A stretch of DNA of 64,000 bases from Squalus acanthias. Lineage: Eukaryota. Under the pieces are notes generated by a model. That model made no database searches. It was not told the origin of the DNA and saw nothing but the letters and a program-made list of their open reading frames with translations. How positions within the stretch are numbered: position 1 is the stretch's first letter; every line of letters starts with the position of its first letter. Made by a program: the position numbers and the translations under genes. Of this stretch, positions 37,421-49,540 are shown one piece after another. Location of the stretch: positions 107,696,001-107,760,000 of the forward strand of contig CM059432.1 in assembly GCA_030390025.1 (NCBI GenBank), given 5' to 3'.

Positions 37421-38500
37421 AATAACAACAGAAAATGCTGGAAGCACTCAGAAGGCCAGGCAGCATCCGTGGAGAGAGAAACAGAGTTAACGTTTCAGGT
37501 CTGTGACCCTTCATCAGAACTGGTAGGAGGCAGGAGAGATTAAATGTTGCAAATGGGGATGGCAGAATCATCAACAGCTGCCTGAAAAATGGGGGCAGAG
37601 GTTATAGTCTGAAATTGTTGAACTCAATGTTGAGTCCAGAAGGCTGTAAAGTGCCTAATCGAAAGATGAGGTGCTGTTCCTCGAGCTTACGTTGAGCTTC
37701 ATTGGAACAGTGTAAGAGGCTGAGGACAGAGAGGTCAGAGTGGGAGTGAAGCGGAGAATTAAAGTGACCGTCGACCAGAAGCTCGGGGTCCCCCTTACGG
37801 ACTGAACGGAGGTGTTCCGCAAAGCGGTTGCCCAATCTGCGTTTGGTCTCCCCAATGTAGAGGAGACCGCATCGTGAGCAACGAATACAGTATACTAAAT
37901 TGCAAGAAGTACAAGTAAATCATTGTTTCACCTGGAAGAGGTGTTTGGGGCCCTGGACAGTGGGAAGGGAGGAGGTAAAAGGGCAGGTGTTGCATCTCCT
38001 GCGCTTGCATGGGAAGGTGCCATGGGGAGGGAGGGGAGGGGCTGTTAGGGGTAATTGAGGAGTGGACCAGGGTGTCGCGGAGGGAGCGGTCCCTTTAGAA
38101 TGCTGAAAGGGGAGGGATGGGGAAGATGCGTTTGGTGGTGGGATCCCGCTGGAGGTGGTGGAAATGGCGGAGGATGATCCGTTGAATATGGAGACTGGTA
38201 GGGTGAAAGGTGAGGACAAGGGGAACCCTATTGTGGTTCTGGGAGGGAGGGGAAGGGGTGAGAGCAGAAGTGCAGGAAATGGAACGGACATGGTCAAGGG
38301 CCGTGTCAACCACAGTAGAGGGGAATCCTCGGTTGAGGAAAAAGGAAGACATATCGGAAGCACTGGTATGGAAGGTGGCATCATCAGAACAGATGCGGCG
38401 GAGACGGAGAAACTGGGAGAATGGAATAGAGTCCTTACAGGAAGCGGGGTGGGAGGAAGTGTAGTCCAGGTAGCTGTGGGAGTCAGTGGGCTTGTAGTGG
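37421..38500 (-). mobile_element. 5'-truncated Penelope-like element (RT C-terminus + GIY-YIG endonuclease)
   Basis: HYKPTDSHSYL, SQFLRLRRICS, RFAEHLRS, GLNIEF; TSD AAATATTCTGA (37410-37420, 38501-38511). Confidence 0.93.
37485..37521 (-). ncRNA. Minimal type I hammerhead ribozyme
   Basis: AGUU CUGAUGA A GGGUC aca GACCU GAAA CG UU AACU. Confidence 0.8.
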
Positions 38501-38600
38501 AAATATTCTGATTTGTTTTTCCCAGATCTGAAATGGATGACCTCAACTTCCCCACATTGAACTTCATCTGCCACAGTTTTGCCCACTCACTTAGTCTGTC

Positions 38601-38910
38601 TTTTTTTTATTCGTCCTGAGATGTGGGTGTCGCTGGCAAGGCCAGCATTTATTGCCCCTCCCTAATTGCCCTTGAGAAGGTGGTGGTGAGCCGCCTTCTT
38701 GAACCGCTGCAGTCCGTGTGGTGAAGGTACTCCCACAGTGCTGTTAGGGAGGGAGTTCCAGGACTTTGACCCAGCGACGATGAAGGAACTGCGATATTTC
38801 CAAGTCAGCATGGTGTGTAACTTGGAGGGGAACTTGGAGGTGATGGTGTTCCCATGCACCTGCTGCACTTGTCCTTCTAGGTGGTAGAGGTCACGGGCTT
38901 GGAGGTGCTG
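38601..38910 (-). mobile_element. 3' end of a CR1/L2-group LINE with poly(A) tail
   Basis: WNSLPNSTVG...LQRFKKAAHHHLLKG; possible TSD CTGTCT. Confidence 0.78.
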
Positions 38911-40046
38911 TCTATGTCCCTTTGTAACATTGTGCTGCCATCTGCACTACTTACTGTGCCTCCTAACTTAGTATAATCAGCAAACTTGGATATATGACTC
39001 TCTATTCCTTCATCCAAGTCATTAATATATATGGTGAAAAGCTGAGACCCTAGTACAGATCCCTGCGCCCTGCGGAACACCACTTGTCACATCCCGCCAA
39101 TCAGAGAACATTCGCTTTATCCCTACTCTCTGTCTCCTAGTTCCCAACCCATGTCACACGTTTACCTCCAATTTCATGCTCGTGTCCTCAAAAAATTAAT
39201 CTAGATTAGTCAAACATGACCTACCCACCACAAATATATGATAACTCTTTTTGGTCAGCTCATACTTTGTTCAAGGGCTCAGTCACTTTGTCTCTGATGA
39301 TAGATTCCAGGAACCTCCGTACAACTGATATTAGACTGACATGCCGAGGTGGTGCAGTCTACAGCAGGGCCTTCTAGGTCCAGAGCTGCTCGAGGTCATC
39401 CTGCAAGGCCATCTGCAGTCTCTCGCATGGAAACGCAGCAGTCTTCCACCAGCCATGCTGCAGCCACTGGGGGAGCACTTTGTAGGAGAACTAGGTTGGG
39501 AAAATCCACACGAAAGAAAGATACAAAGGGCTGGATTTTCATAGGGCCGTTGAGGCGGGATTGGAGGCGTGTGGGGGGTTAAAATTGCAGAAACTGGCGG
39601 GCGGGCCCGATCCCGCCTCCACGCAATTTTGATGAAATCGTGTCTGCTGGTCCCGTCTCCGTCCCGCCTCCAAGAGGCGGGAGAGGCCATTAATGCCCTT
39701 AACAAGCCCTAAATTGGCTCTGTAATGCCATTTTGATGGTTAAACTAGCAAAAAACTCTTTTCCCACGTGAAGCACGCCTGATCTAAAACACGCCAGTGA
39801 AACCTGGCGGGAGCACAAGTGGATTGCTGACTCTCAGCTGCAGCTCAACCATTAAATAGGAGATTTGATCAGCCATCATTTGCAGGTGGCAGGACTTTGT
39901 TGTCACAGGTCTGGGGGAAGTTTTAGAAGGCATAACCACAGCTCTGGAAGTTTGGAGACTGACACCCATCTCCAGTGTGACCTCCTGGGAAACCCCTCTC
40001 GCCACCCTCATTGAGCGCTTCCTCAACTGAGGCATATACCAGAGGC

Positions 40047-41291
40047 ATGGGAGCCATTTATTTCCTTCCCTTCTGGGCATCAGATGAGGACGAACACCAG
40101 CCGCGACACCAGCAGAACCATGAACAGCAGCAGCAGCAACAACAGGAGCGCCAAGCTGCTGCTCACCTGCCTGAAGCTGCACAGGCCAGAAGGGGCCAGC
40201 GCATGGAAGGCCGTCGGCGCAGGAGATACCCCCCAAACAGGGTCTACAGACACAGGGTCAGCTACCTCAACATGTCTGAGCAGCAGTGCCAAAGGTGGCT
40301 CCGACTTTCATGAGAGGTAGTGGGTGACATCTGCGCAATGCTGCAACAAGACCTGGAGCCCAGAAGACCAGGTGGACACCCCTTACCAGTGGCCGTCAAA
40401 ATCACCACCGCACTCAACTTTTTTGCCTCAGGCTCATTCCAGGGATCAGCAGCAGACATCAGCGGCATCACCCAGGCGGCCGCACACACTTGCATCACGC
40501 AGGTAACCGATGCCCTCTTTGCCATCGCGCACAATCACATCCATTTCACCAAGGATCAAGCTAGTATCACGGCGCGTGCGGTTGGATTAGCTAATCTGGC
40601 AGGCTTTCCAAGGGTGCAGGGCGTCGTTGACTGTACACATGTGGCCCTTAAGGCACCCCATCGCAATCCAGGTTTTTTTGTCAACCGCAAGGGCTTCCAC
40701 TCCCTTAACGTTCAGCTGGTGTGTGACCACAAGAAGGAAATTTTGCATGTTTGTGCCAAGTACCCTGGCAGTTGCCATGACTCCTTCATACTGCGCCAGT
40801 CTAGTGTGCCTCTGCTATTCAGTCCGCCAGACCAACTTAACGGATGGCTACTTGGAGACAAGGGCTATCCCCTGAGGACGTGGCTAATGACGCCGTTGAG
40901 GAGCCCATCCAACGCAGCTGAGGAGAGCTACAACTCCAGCCACATTTCCACCAGAGCCATAATCGAGCAAACCATCGGTATGCTGAAGATGCGCTTCAGA
41001 TGCCTGGATAGACCAGGTGGAGCCCTGCAATACTCAACAGCCAGGGTCTCCAGAATCGTCGTGGTTTGCTGTGCACATCACAACATGGCACAGCGTCGTG
41101 GCTTGCAGATGCCGGAGGACCAAGTGGCTCCTCACATAGCCTCCTCAGATGAGGAGGAGGAGGAGGTGGAGGAGGAGGAGGAGAGAGAGAATGAACATCT
41201 TGCAGAGGCCCATCAACCAGCAGCAGCATTACGCGAGACCATAGCTGCCCGGAATGCAAGGGACGCACTCATCTTGGCCAGATTTGCTTAG
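40047..41291 (+). pseudogene. Harbinger transposase with a single internal TGA at 40311-40313
   Basis: One frame from MGAIYF to [40 protein letters not shown] all intact. Confidence 0.95.
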
Positions 41292-41548
41292 TCTAGACAA
41301 TCAAGCACTTTTGCCTCGCAGCTTCTTACCAGAGCTATGACAATGGCCCAGACCCAGCGGATCCCTAACAATTTGACCACCATACTGACAATTGCAAGTT
41401 ATCCTAAGGCCTAATTGTGGAAGTCCCATTAGCGAAATGACAGACGCCACAACTGCAGCTGTAGCCATCAGAGTTTTTATTTACACTTAACATCTGATGG
41501 CTTTTTTACATTAAACATTAAATTTCACCCAAGTGACTACCCTTGTGA

Positions 41549-43471
41549 CTATTTGTGCAGTATCGTTCTCTTACGCGTGCTCCTACGTGGTGCTTCCCCT
41601 GTGGCTTCAGCAGAGGTGGAGGCCCCCTGCTCAGTTTGTTGCTGCTCCTGTCTTGACACCTTTGGCGGGCATCCTCTGGGGTTGCAAACCTGCGAGGGCT
41701 CGGCAACAGTCTGCTGCTCCTGTGGCTGGGCAGGGGTTGAGACGCCGATCTCAGTTGGGTACGGACTCTGGTGGGGCTCTGACCGAGGACTTGTCAGTGG
41801 CATGGAAGTGTGAGCGCTTGGAGAGGAGCCCCCACCCCCTTGTGTCTGCCACCAACATCCCTCTCATGGGTCAGGTCCACCTCAGCGCTTGCAAGTGGAT
41901 TGAGAGCACCTTGCTGCACATCAGGGGGGCCATGGGGACCCGTATCTGCACTGGCAGTCCTACTCAGAAGGACTTCCATGAAGGTCTGGTTTCTCTGTTC
42001 AATAGATGACCATCGCTCCTCCGGAGATGTCATTCTATTCAGAACACTCACCATGTTTTCTGCACTCTGGCGACTTATCACCTCCATGGAGGTTGCCATC
42101 CTTTCCATGGTGATGCGTTCATGCGCCAGTGACTCCACAAAGGCTCTGCTCATGTTCGCTATGGACTCCTCCATTCGCTCCACACTCGCAGCGACCCTGG
42201 AGACAAAACCTGTCAGAGACTCCTGCATCTGTTCCTGGAGTCCCAGCACCTGCTGATCTTATGGATGGCCCCAGAGGCAGAGGATCGACATGCAGCTGAG
42301 CTGAGCTAGGAGAGTCCTGCGCCCTCCGACTAGGACTCTCCACTGCTGTCCCTGTCTCCACCATCTGCTGATGCTCACTTGTGAGCTGTGATACAACAGG
42401 TGACAACACTGCTCTATGTCCCGAGGGTTCCACCGAGGTGTGAGTCTCTGCGCTGGTGCTGGGTGCGCTGAATTCTGCTGACGCTGTGCCCTCAGAGGTT
42501 GCAGCTTCCTCTGAGGAGTCTGGATGCTCAGGCTGGTCCTCCTGGCTAGTGGGGACGGGTGCTTGCGATGGTCCTGTGGGGGAGTAAAGGAAAGAGTCAG
42601 AGATGTGATGCCAAGGTTACATGCACATTGCATATTGCAGATGATCATAAATCCATCTGTTAGAGCTTCAGATTCATTATCAGCGACTCATGCAATGTCA
42701 ATGAGAGAGATGGAACACTATTCAGTCACCAGCTTGCTGTGATGCACCCGTCTGTCCGTCCCCCACTTGTGTATCATCCTCCACTCCCACGATCTCCAGG
42801 ACCGCATCCTCCCAGGGGGTGAGCTAGGCTAATGAATGTGGCCCTCCTCCTGTCCTGGCTCTTTCCCTTTTATTGTGAGCTCTCTTTTCCTGCAATGAGT
42901 GAGACAAGTGGAGTTTGAGTGAGATTGAAGGAGTGAGTGTATGAGTCCATAGCATAGATGCTTAGAAGGAGACAAAGATGGAGTGAGGTGGCAAGACCAA
43001 GGGCCCTCCCTGTGTGTTGTAAGTTGTTTTCATAGCATGACAGCGATAGGGAGTGTGAGGGCTGCATAGTCGAATAGTAAGGTGAATGTGACCATAGAGG
43101 GAGAGGGAATGGGTAAGGGTGCATGGATGTCAGTGTCAAGTGGGATATGGAGGAAGAGGTTGCTAAAGCTGAGTGCTGGTGAGGAGAGGCAATGGGGATC
43201 AGATTGAGGGTGAAGGGAAAGTCATACTCACTTTTGCAGTGTGTAGAAGGTCATGAAACCTCTTCCTGCACTGGAGCCAGGTTCTGCGGGTGATGGATAA
43301 AGAGTTGACCTCCTGGGCGACCTGGACCCACACAGCCTTGGTCTGCTGGGGAGGCTTCTTCCTCCCTGAGGAAGGGAAGAGCACCTCTCTGTTGGCTCTT
43401 GCTCCCTCCACTAAAGCTTGCAGGGCAATGTCATCGAACCTGGGAGCAGACCTGGGTCTTTGGCTGGCCAT
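41549..43471 (-). pseudogene. Myb/SANT gene of H5; exons 43471-43232, 42889-42730, 42573-41549
   Basis: MASQRPRSAPRFDD...WVQVAQEVNS...WLQCRKRFHDL; 240-bp and 160-bp exons as in H1; in-frame TAG in exon 2. Confidence 0.88.
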
Positions 43472-43951
43472 TCCTCTGCAGTTGCCTCTAAGATACAAGC
43501 CCAGAAGTTTGGCAGTCTGCAGAAGAAGCAAGGCTTGTTGCAGACCTTAAATGCAGCAGCAATGATGATGTCATCGGAGGCGACTTTCAGACTGGAATAA
43601 CTCATTGGCCATGGGTTCCCACACGTTGGAACTCAATTGGCCAATTAAGTTAAAATCGCATCACTCTCCCACATCGATCTAGATTCGGGTGGGCAACACG
43701 AAAAGCGGATAACACGACCCCAACCCGCCCCAGTATCAAAATCCAGCCCTAAGGGATTGCTCAAGTGTTATTAGTTAATAGCATTATTGTAAATATATGT
43801 GATGTGATTATTGATAAATTTATTAATTTTGTTTGGAATCTTTTGTGGCGTCTCTCATTTCAGCTTTGTGCCCAGGAGAACGCTATGATATTCCGTGAGA
43901 CAGGAATGGTATGATGGGGATGTGGTGAGCAATGGGGATCTGGGGTTTCAT

Positions 43952-45082
43952 TCATTGGAATCGGAGTCTGATGAGGCGTTCATGGACAGCCCATCCGAAT
44001 GGACGATTGGTTGCCCGCCTCCTCCCTCCCTCCCTCATCTTCCTTTTGCTCCTTGTTCTCGTCCTGTCCTCTTCCTCCTCGTCCTCCTCATCCTCCTCCT
44101 GAGGTGGTGGCACAATCCCTGGTGGCAAGGGCTGCATCCTTATGATGGCCAAGTGGTGGAGCATGCAGCAGACCACCACGAAATGGGACACCCGCTCCGC
44201 TGAGTACTAGAGGGCTCCTCCCGAGTGGTCAAGGCAGTGGAACCATTACTTCAGTAGCCCAATGGTCTGCTCGATGATGTTCCTGGTGGAAGTATGGCTC
44301 TCATTATATGAGTGCTGGGGTTACGGAGGAGAGTCCCGAGCCAGGTGGAGAGCGGATAGCTCCTGTCTCCAAGCAGCCACCCTCGAGTTTGACGTGGTGG
44401 CTGGAAGATTGCTGGCACATCGGACTGACGCAGGATGAAGGATTCATGACTGCTGCCAGGATAGTGGGCATTGACATTGAGGATTCGCTGTGCATGACCT
44501 CACACCAACTACACATTAAGTGAATGGTAGCCTTAGCGTTTACGAAAGATATTAGGATTGTGATACAGTGCCCACAAAGCCACATGTGTGCAATCGATGG
44601 CGCCCTGCACCATAGGGAAGCCTGCTATCCTGGCGAAGCCACATGCACGCTCGTCCTGCTTCTCTCTGCTGAGAGAGAAGCCAATGTAGTCCTTTCTCCT
44701 GGTGTAGAGAGCCTCAGTGATCTCCCGGACGCAGTGATGGACGGTGAACTGTGAGATGTTAGCTATGTCTCCTGCTGCAGACTAGAAGGATCCACTGGCG
44801 AAGAAATTGAGGGTCACGGTGACCTTGACTGCCACTGGGAGAGCCGTGGTCGCCCTGCTCTCAGGCTGCAGGTCTGGTTGCACGAGGTGGCAGAGTTCTG
44901 TGACCACCTCCTTGGTGAAGCGTAGCCTCCTAATACACTGCTCCTCACTTAAGTGGAGGTAGGAGAAGTGCTGTCAGAAGACCCTAGGTGGGTAAGGCCT
45001 CCTGTTGAGAGCCCTCATGGCCCTCCTCCTCCAACTCCCTCTGCGCACATGTTCCTGTCTTCCTCGCTGCCTCCGCTCCCTC
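43952..45082 (-). pseudogene. Harbinger transposase of H6
   Basis: Collinear with 18529-19620; FVVVCCMLHHLAI, acidic tail, RLIRLRFQ. Confidence 0.87.
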
Positions 45083-45086
45083 TGCC

Positions 45087-48000
45087 GTAGTTCTTTGAGG
45101 CCGAGCTTCGCGTTTGTTTTTCCCAACTTTTCACTCTGTAGGAATTGGTTCTTACTTTACAGCAAGGAAAGAGTCCGAGAGCGGGAGCAGTCAAACAACA
45201 ACAACTGCAAAACCGCGAAAGTGACATCACAACCAGGGAAGGAGCTGATTGGTAAGTAGGACCTGGTGAGTATTTCTACAGTCCAGTCGTTAAAGTAAAA
45301 GTAAGGTCTCTAGTTTAGAGTAAGTAGTGTTTAAAGGGAAGTAAGGTCCCTAGTGTATTTAATATTCTTTAATTTAAAGGAAGTAAAGGGAGTAAATTAA
45401 GGGTAGGACATGGCAGGGCAGCTCGGCTGCGTGGAGTGCTCCTCCTGTGCTATGTTGGAAGTCAGGGACACTTTCGGTGTCCAGGGCGAACACATGTGCA
45501 GGAAGTGTCTCCAGCTGCAGCTACTCAAAATCCGCGTTTCAGAGCCAAAGCTGCAGCTGGAGTCACTGTGGAGCATCCACGAAGCTGAGATCTTCGTGGA
45601 TAGCACGTTTAACGAGGTGGTCACACCGCAGGTAAAGAGTGCACAGGCAGACAGGAAAGGGTGACCGCCAGACAGAGTGAAAGAACTAGGAAGGTAGTGC
45701 AGGAGTCCCCTGGGTCCATCTCCCTCTCCAACAGATTTTCCATTTTGGATACTGCTGGGGGAGATGGTTTCTCAGGGGAATGCAGCAAGAGCCAAGTCCG
45801 TGGCACTACGAGTGGCTCAGCTTCACAGGAAGGGAGGAAAAAGAGTAGGAGAGCAATAGTGATAGGGGATTCTATCGTAAGGGGAACAGATAGATGTTTC
45901 TGTGGCCGCAGACGTGACTCCAGGATGGTATGTTGCCTCCCTGGTGACAGGGTCAAGGATGTCACTGAATGGCTGCAGGGCATTCTGCAGGGGGAGGGCA
46001 AACAGTCAGAGGTCGGGGTTCACATTGGTACCAACAACATGGGTAGAAAGAGGGATGAGGTCCTGCAACAAGAATTTAGGGAGCTAGGTAGCAGATTAAA
46101 AAGCAGGACCTCAAATATTGTAATCTCTGGATTACTCCCGGTGCCACGTGCTAGTGAGTATAGGAATAGGAGGATAGAGCAGATAAATTAAAAATAAGGG
46201 GTCGCCCATTTAAGACAGAGATGAGGAGAAATTTTTTCTCTCAGAGGGTCGTGAGTCTTCGGAACTCTTCCTCAGAGGGCAGTGGAAGCAGAGTCTTTGA
46301 ATATTTTTAAGGCAGAGGTAGATAGATTCTTGGTAAGCAAGGGGATGTAAAGTTATCGGGGGTAGGTGGGAATGTGGAGTAATCAGATCAGCCATGATCT
46401 TATTGAATGGCGGAGCAGGCTCGAAGGACCGAGTGGCCTACTCCTGCTCCTAATTCATATGTTCGTATGAATGCGTGGCTAAAGAGTTGGTGCAGGAGGG
46501 AGGGCTTTAGTTTCCTGGATCACTGGGTCTGCTTCTGGGGAAGGTGGGACCTGTACAAGTTGAACGGGTTGCACCTGAACCGGAATGGGACCAACATCAA
46601 CAAGTCAGCCTGGAAGGCAGAGCAAATATGTAACGGCACAAGGGAGTATGGCAAGGCTGGATGGCATTTATTTTAATGCAAGGAATCTTGCGAGTAAGGC
46701 AGATGAATTGAAGGTGTTGATGAACACATGGAGTATGATATTGTTGCTATCACAGAGACATGGTTGAGGGAGGGGCAGGACTGGCAGCTCAATATTCCGG
46801 GGTATAGAATCTTCAGGCGAGACAGAGGTGGGTGTAAAAGAGGAGGGGGTGTCGCAATATTAATTAAGGAGTCAATTACTGCTGTAAGGAGGGATGATAT
46901 CTTAGCAGGTTCCTCTAATGAGGCCATATGGGTAGAACTTAAAAACAAAAAGGGGGCAAGCACTTTGCTGGGAGTGTACTATAGGCCCCCAAACAGTCAG
47001 GGGGAGATAGAGGAACAGATATGTAGGTAAATCTCAGAGAAGTGTAGAAATAATAGGCTAATAATAGTAGGGGATTTCAACTTCCCCAATATTAACTGGG
47101 ATAGTCAGAGTGTGAAAGGCTTAGAGGGTGCGGAATTCTTAAAGTGCATCCAGGAGAGCTTTTTGAGCCAGCATGTAGAAAGTCCTACAAGAGAGGGGGC
47201 GGTACTGGACCTAATTCTAGGGAATGTAGCCGGGCAAGTGGTAGAAGTGTCAGTAGGAGAGCATTTTGGTGATAGTGACCATAATTCGGTGAGATTTAAG
47301 GTAGTCATGGAAAAGGACAAAGATGGACCGGAAATAAAGGTTCTAAATTGGGGGAAGGCCGATTTTAATATGATAAGGCAGGATCTGTCCAAAGTGGACT
47401 GGGATCAGCTACTTGTAGGAAAATCCACATCAGAGCAATGGGAGTCTTTCAGAAAGGAAATAGAGAGAGTACAACGCCAACATGTTCCCGTAAAGGTCAA
47501 GGGTGGGACCAACAAGCCCAGGGAACCCTGGATGTCAAGGGATATACAAGAAATGATTAGGAAAAAAAGGGAGGCTTTTGGCAGATACAAAGGACTAAAA
47601 ACAGTGGAAGCCCTAGAGGAGTATAGAAAGTGCAGGGGGGTACTTAAAAAAGAAATTAGGAGAGCGAAGAGGGGGCATGAAAAAACATTGGCGGGCAAAA
47701 TAAAGGAAAATCCCAAGGTGTTTTATAAGTATATTAAGGGCAAGAGGATAACCAGGGAAAGAGTAGGGCCCATTAGGGACCAAAGTGGCAATCTGTGTGT
47801 AGAGCCGGAAGATGTAGGTGAGGTTTTAAATTAATATTTTGCATCTGTGTTCACTATGGAGAAGGGTGATGTAGGCATAGAAATCAGGCAGGGGGATTGT
47901 GATATACTTGAACAAATTAGTATTGAGAGGGAAGAGGTACTAGCGGTTTTAGCTGGCTTAAAAGTGGATAAATCCCCAGGCCCTGACGGGATGTATCCCA

Positions 48001-49540
48001 GGCTGCTGTGTGAGGCAAGGGAGGAGATTGCATGGGCTCTGACACAAATTTTCAGAACCTCTCTGGCCACAGGGGAGGTGCCAGAGGACTGGAGAACAGC
48101 TAACGTAGTACCATTGTTCAAGAAGGGTAGTAGGGATAAACCAGGGAATTACAGGCCAGTGAGCCTAACATCAATGGTGGGGAAATTATTGGAAAAAATT
48201 CTGAGGGACAGGCAAGGATCACTCGGAGAGGCAAGGATTAATCAGGGATAGTCAGCATGGCTTTGTCAGGGGGAGATCATGTCTGACCAATTTGATTGAA
48301 TTTTTCGAGGGGGTGACTTGGTGTGTGGATGAGGGTAGTGTATTTGATGTAGTCTACATGGACTTCAGTAAGGCTTTTGACAAAGTCCCACATGGGAGAC
48401 TGGTCAAGAAGGTAAGAGCACATGGGATCCAGGGCAATTTGGCACATTGGATCCAAAATTGGCTTAGTGGCAGGAGGCAGAGGGTGATGGTTGAAGGTTG
48501 TTTTTGTGACTGGAAGCCTGTGTCCAGTGGTGTACCGCAGGGATCGGTGCTGGGTCCTTTGCTGTTTGTAGTGTGCATTAATGATTTAGATATGAATGTA
48601 GGAGGTATGATCAGTAAGTTCGCAGATGACACGAAAATTGGTGGAGTGGTAAATAGCGAGGAGGGAAGCGTCAGGCTACAGGACGATATAGACGGTATGG
48701 TTAGATGGGCAGAACAGTGGCAAATCGAATTTAACCCTGAAAAGTGTGAGGTGATGCATTTTGGGAGGACTAACAAGGCAAGGGAATACATAATGAATGG
48801 TAGGACCCTGGGAAGGACAGAGGATCAGAGGGACCTTGGTGTGCATGTACATAGATCCCTGAAGGCAGCAGGACAGGTAGATAAGGTGGTTAAAAAGGCA
48901 TATGGGATACTTGCCTTCATTAGCCGAGGCATAGAATATAAGAGCAGGGAGGTTATGATAGAGCTGTACAAAACGCTAGTTAGGCCACTGCTGGAATACT
49001 GTGTGCAGTTCTGGTCGCCACACTATAGGAGGGATGTGATTGCATTGGAGAGGGTGCAGAGGAGATTCACCAGGATGTTACCTGGGCTGGAGCACTTCAG
49101 CTATGAAGAGAGACTGGACAGGCTGGGATTGTTTTCCTTGGAGCATAGAAGGCTGAGGGGGGACCTGTTTGCGGTGTACAAAATTATGAGGGGCATAGAT
49201 AGGGTAGATAGAAAGGAACTTTTCCCCTTAGTAGAGGGGTCAATAACCAGAGGGCACAGTTTCAAGGTAAGGGGCAGGAGGTTTAGAGGGGATTTGAGGC
49301 AAAAAATTTTCACCCAGAGGGTGGTTGGAATCTGGAACTCACTGCCTGAAAGGGTGGTAGAGGCAAGAACCCTCACAACATTCAAGAAGCATTTAGATGA
49401 GCACTTGAAACGCCATAGCATACAAGGCTACGGACCAAGTGCTGGAAAATGGGATTAGAATAGATAGGGCTTGTTGGCCGGCGCAGACACGATGGACCGA
49501 AGGGCCCCTTTCTGTGCTGTATAACTCTATGACTCTATGA
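45087..49540 (+). mobile_element. Near-full-length CR1 LINE (CR1-b); ORF1 ~45410-46598, ORF2 ~46648-49458, both disrupted
   Basis: CSSCAM..MCRKC, IGDSIVRG, HIGTNN; ITETW, GVPQGSVLGP, FADD; (CTCTATGA)2 tail; stops at 47028 and 47832, frameshift ~48210. Confidence 0.95.
46189..46466 (+). mobile_element. CR1 3' fragment of another subfamily inserted in CR1-b ORF1
   Basis: TTCTCTCAGAGGGTCGTGAGTC...GGCCTACTCCTGCTCCTAATTCATATGTTCGT; TSD ATAAAT/ATGAAT; ORF1 resumes at MNAWLKSW. Confidence 0.85.

Larger units (their letters stand above)
27690..39338 (-). mobile_element. Old CR1 broken into pieces (27690-27944, 29337-29584, 37163-37420, 38501-38600, ~38910-39338) by later insertions
   Basis: Pieces are collinear RT/3' sequence when rejoined across the TSDs (QGSVLGSQLF, FADY, LEGVQCRFTRI). 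Confidence 0.82.
39528..43749. mobile_element. Harbinger H5, full length (4222 bp), nearly intact
   Basis: 16-bp TIRs GGGCTGGATTTTCATA / TATCAAAATCCAGCCC; TSD AAA/TAA (empty site CACTAAGGGGATTGC near 11972). Confidence 0.95.

Noticed and set aside
40047..41291. Domesticated host HARBI1 gene
   Set aside because: Bounded by TIRs and a TSD, paired with a Myb gene, nested in another transposon and carrying a stop.
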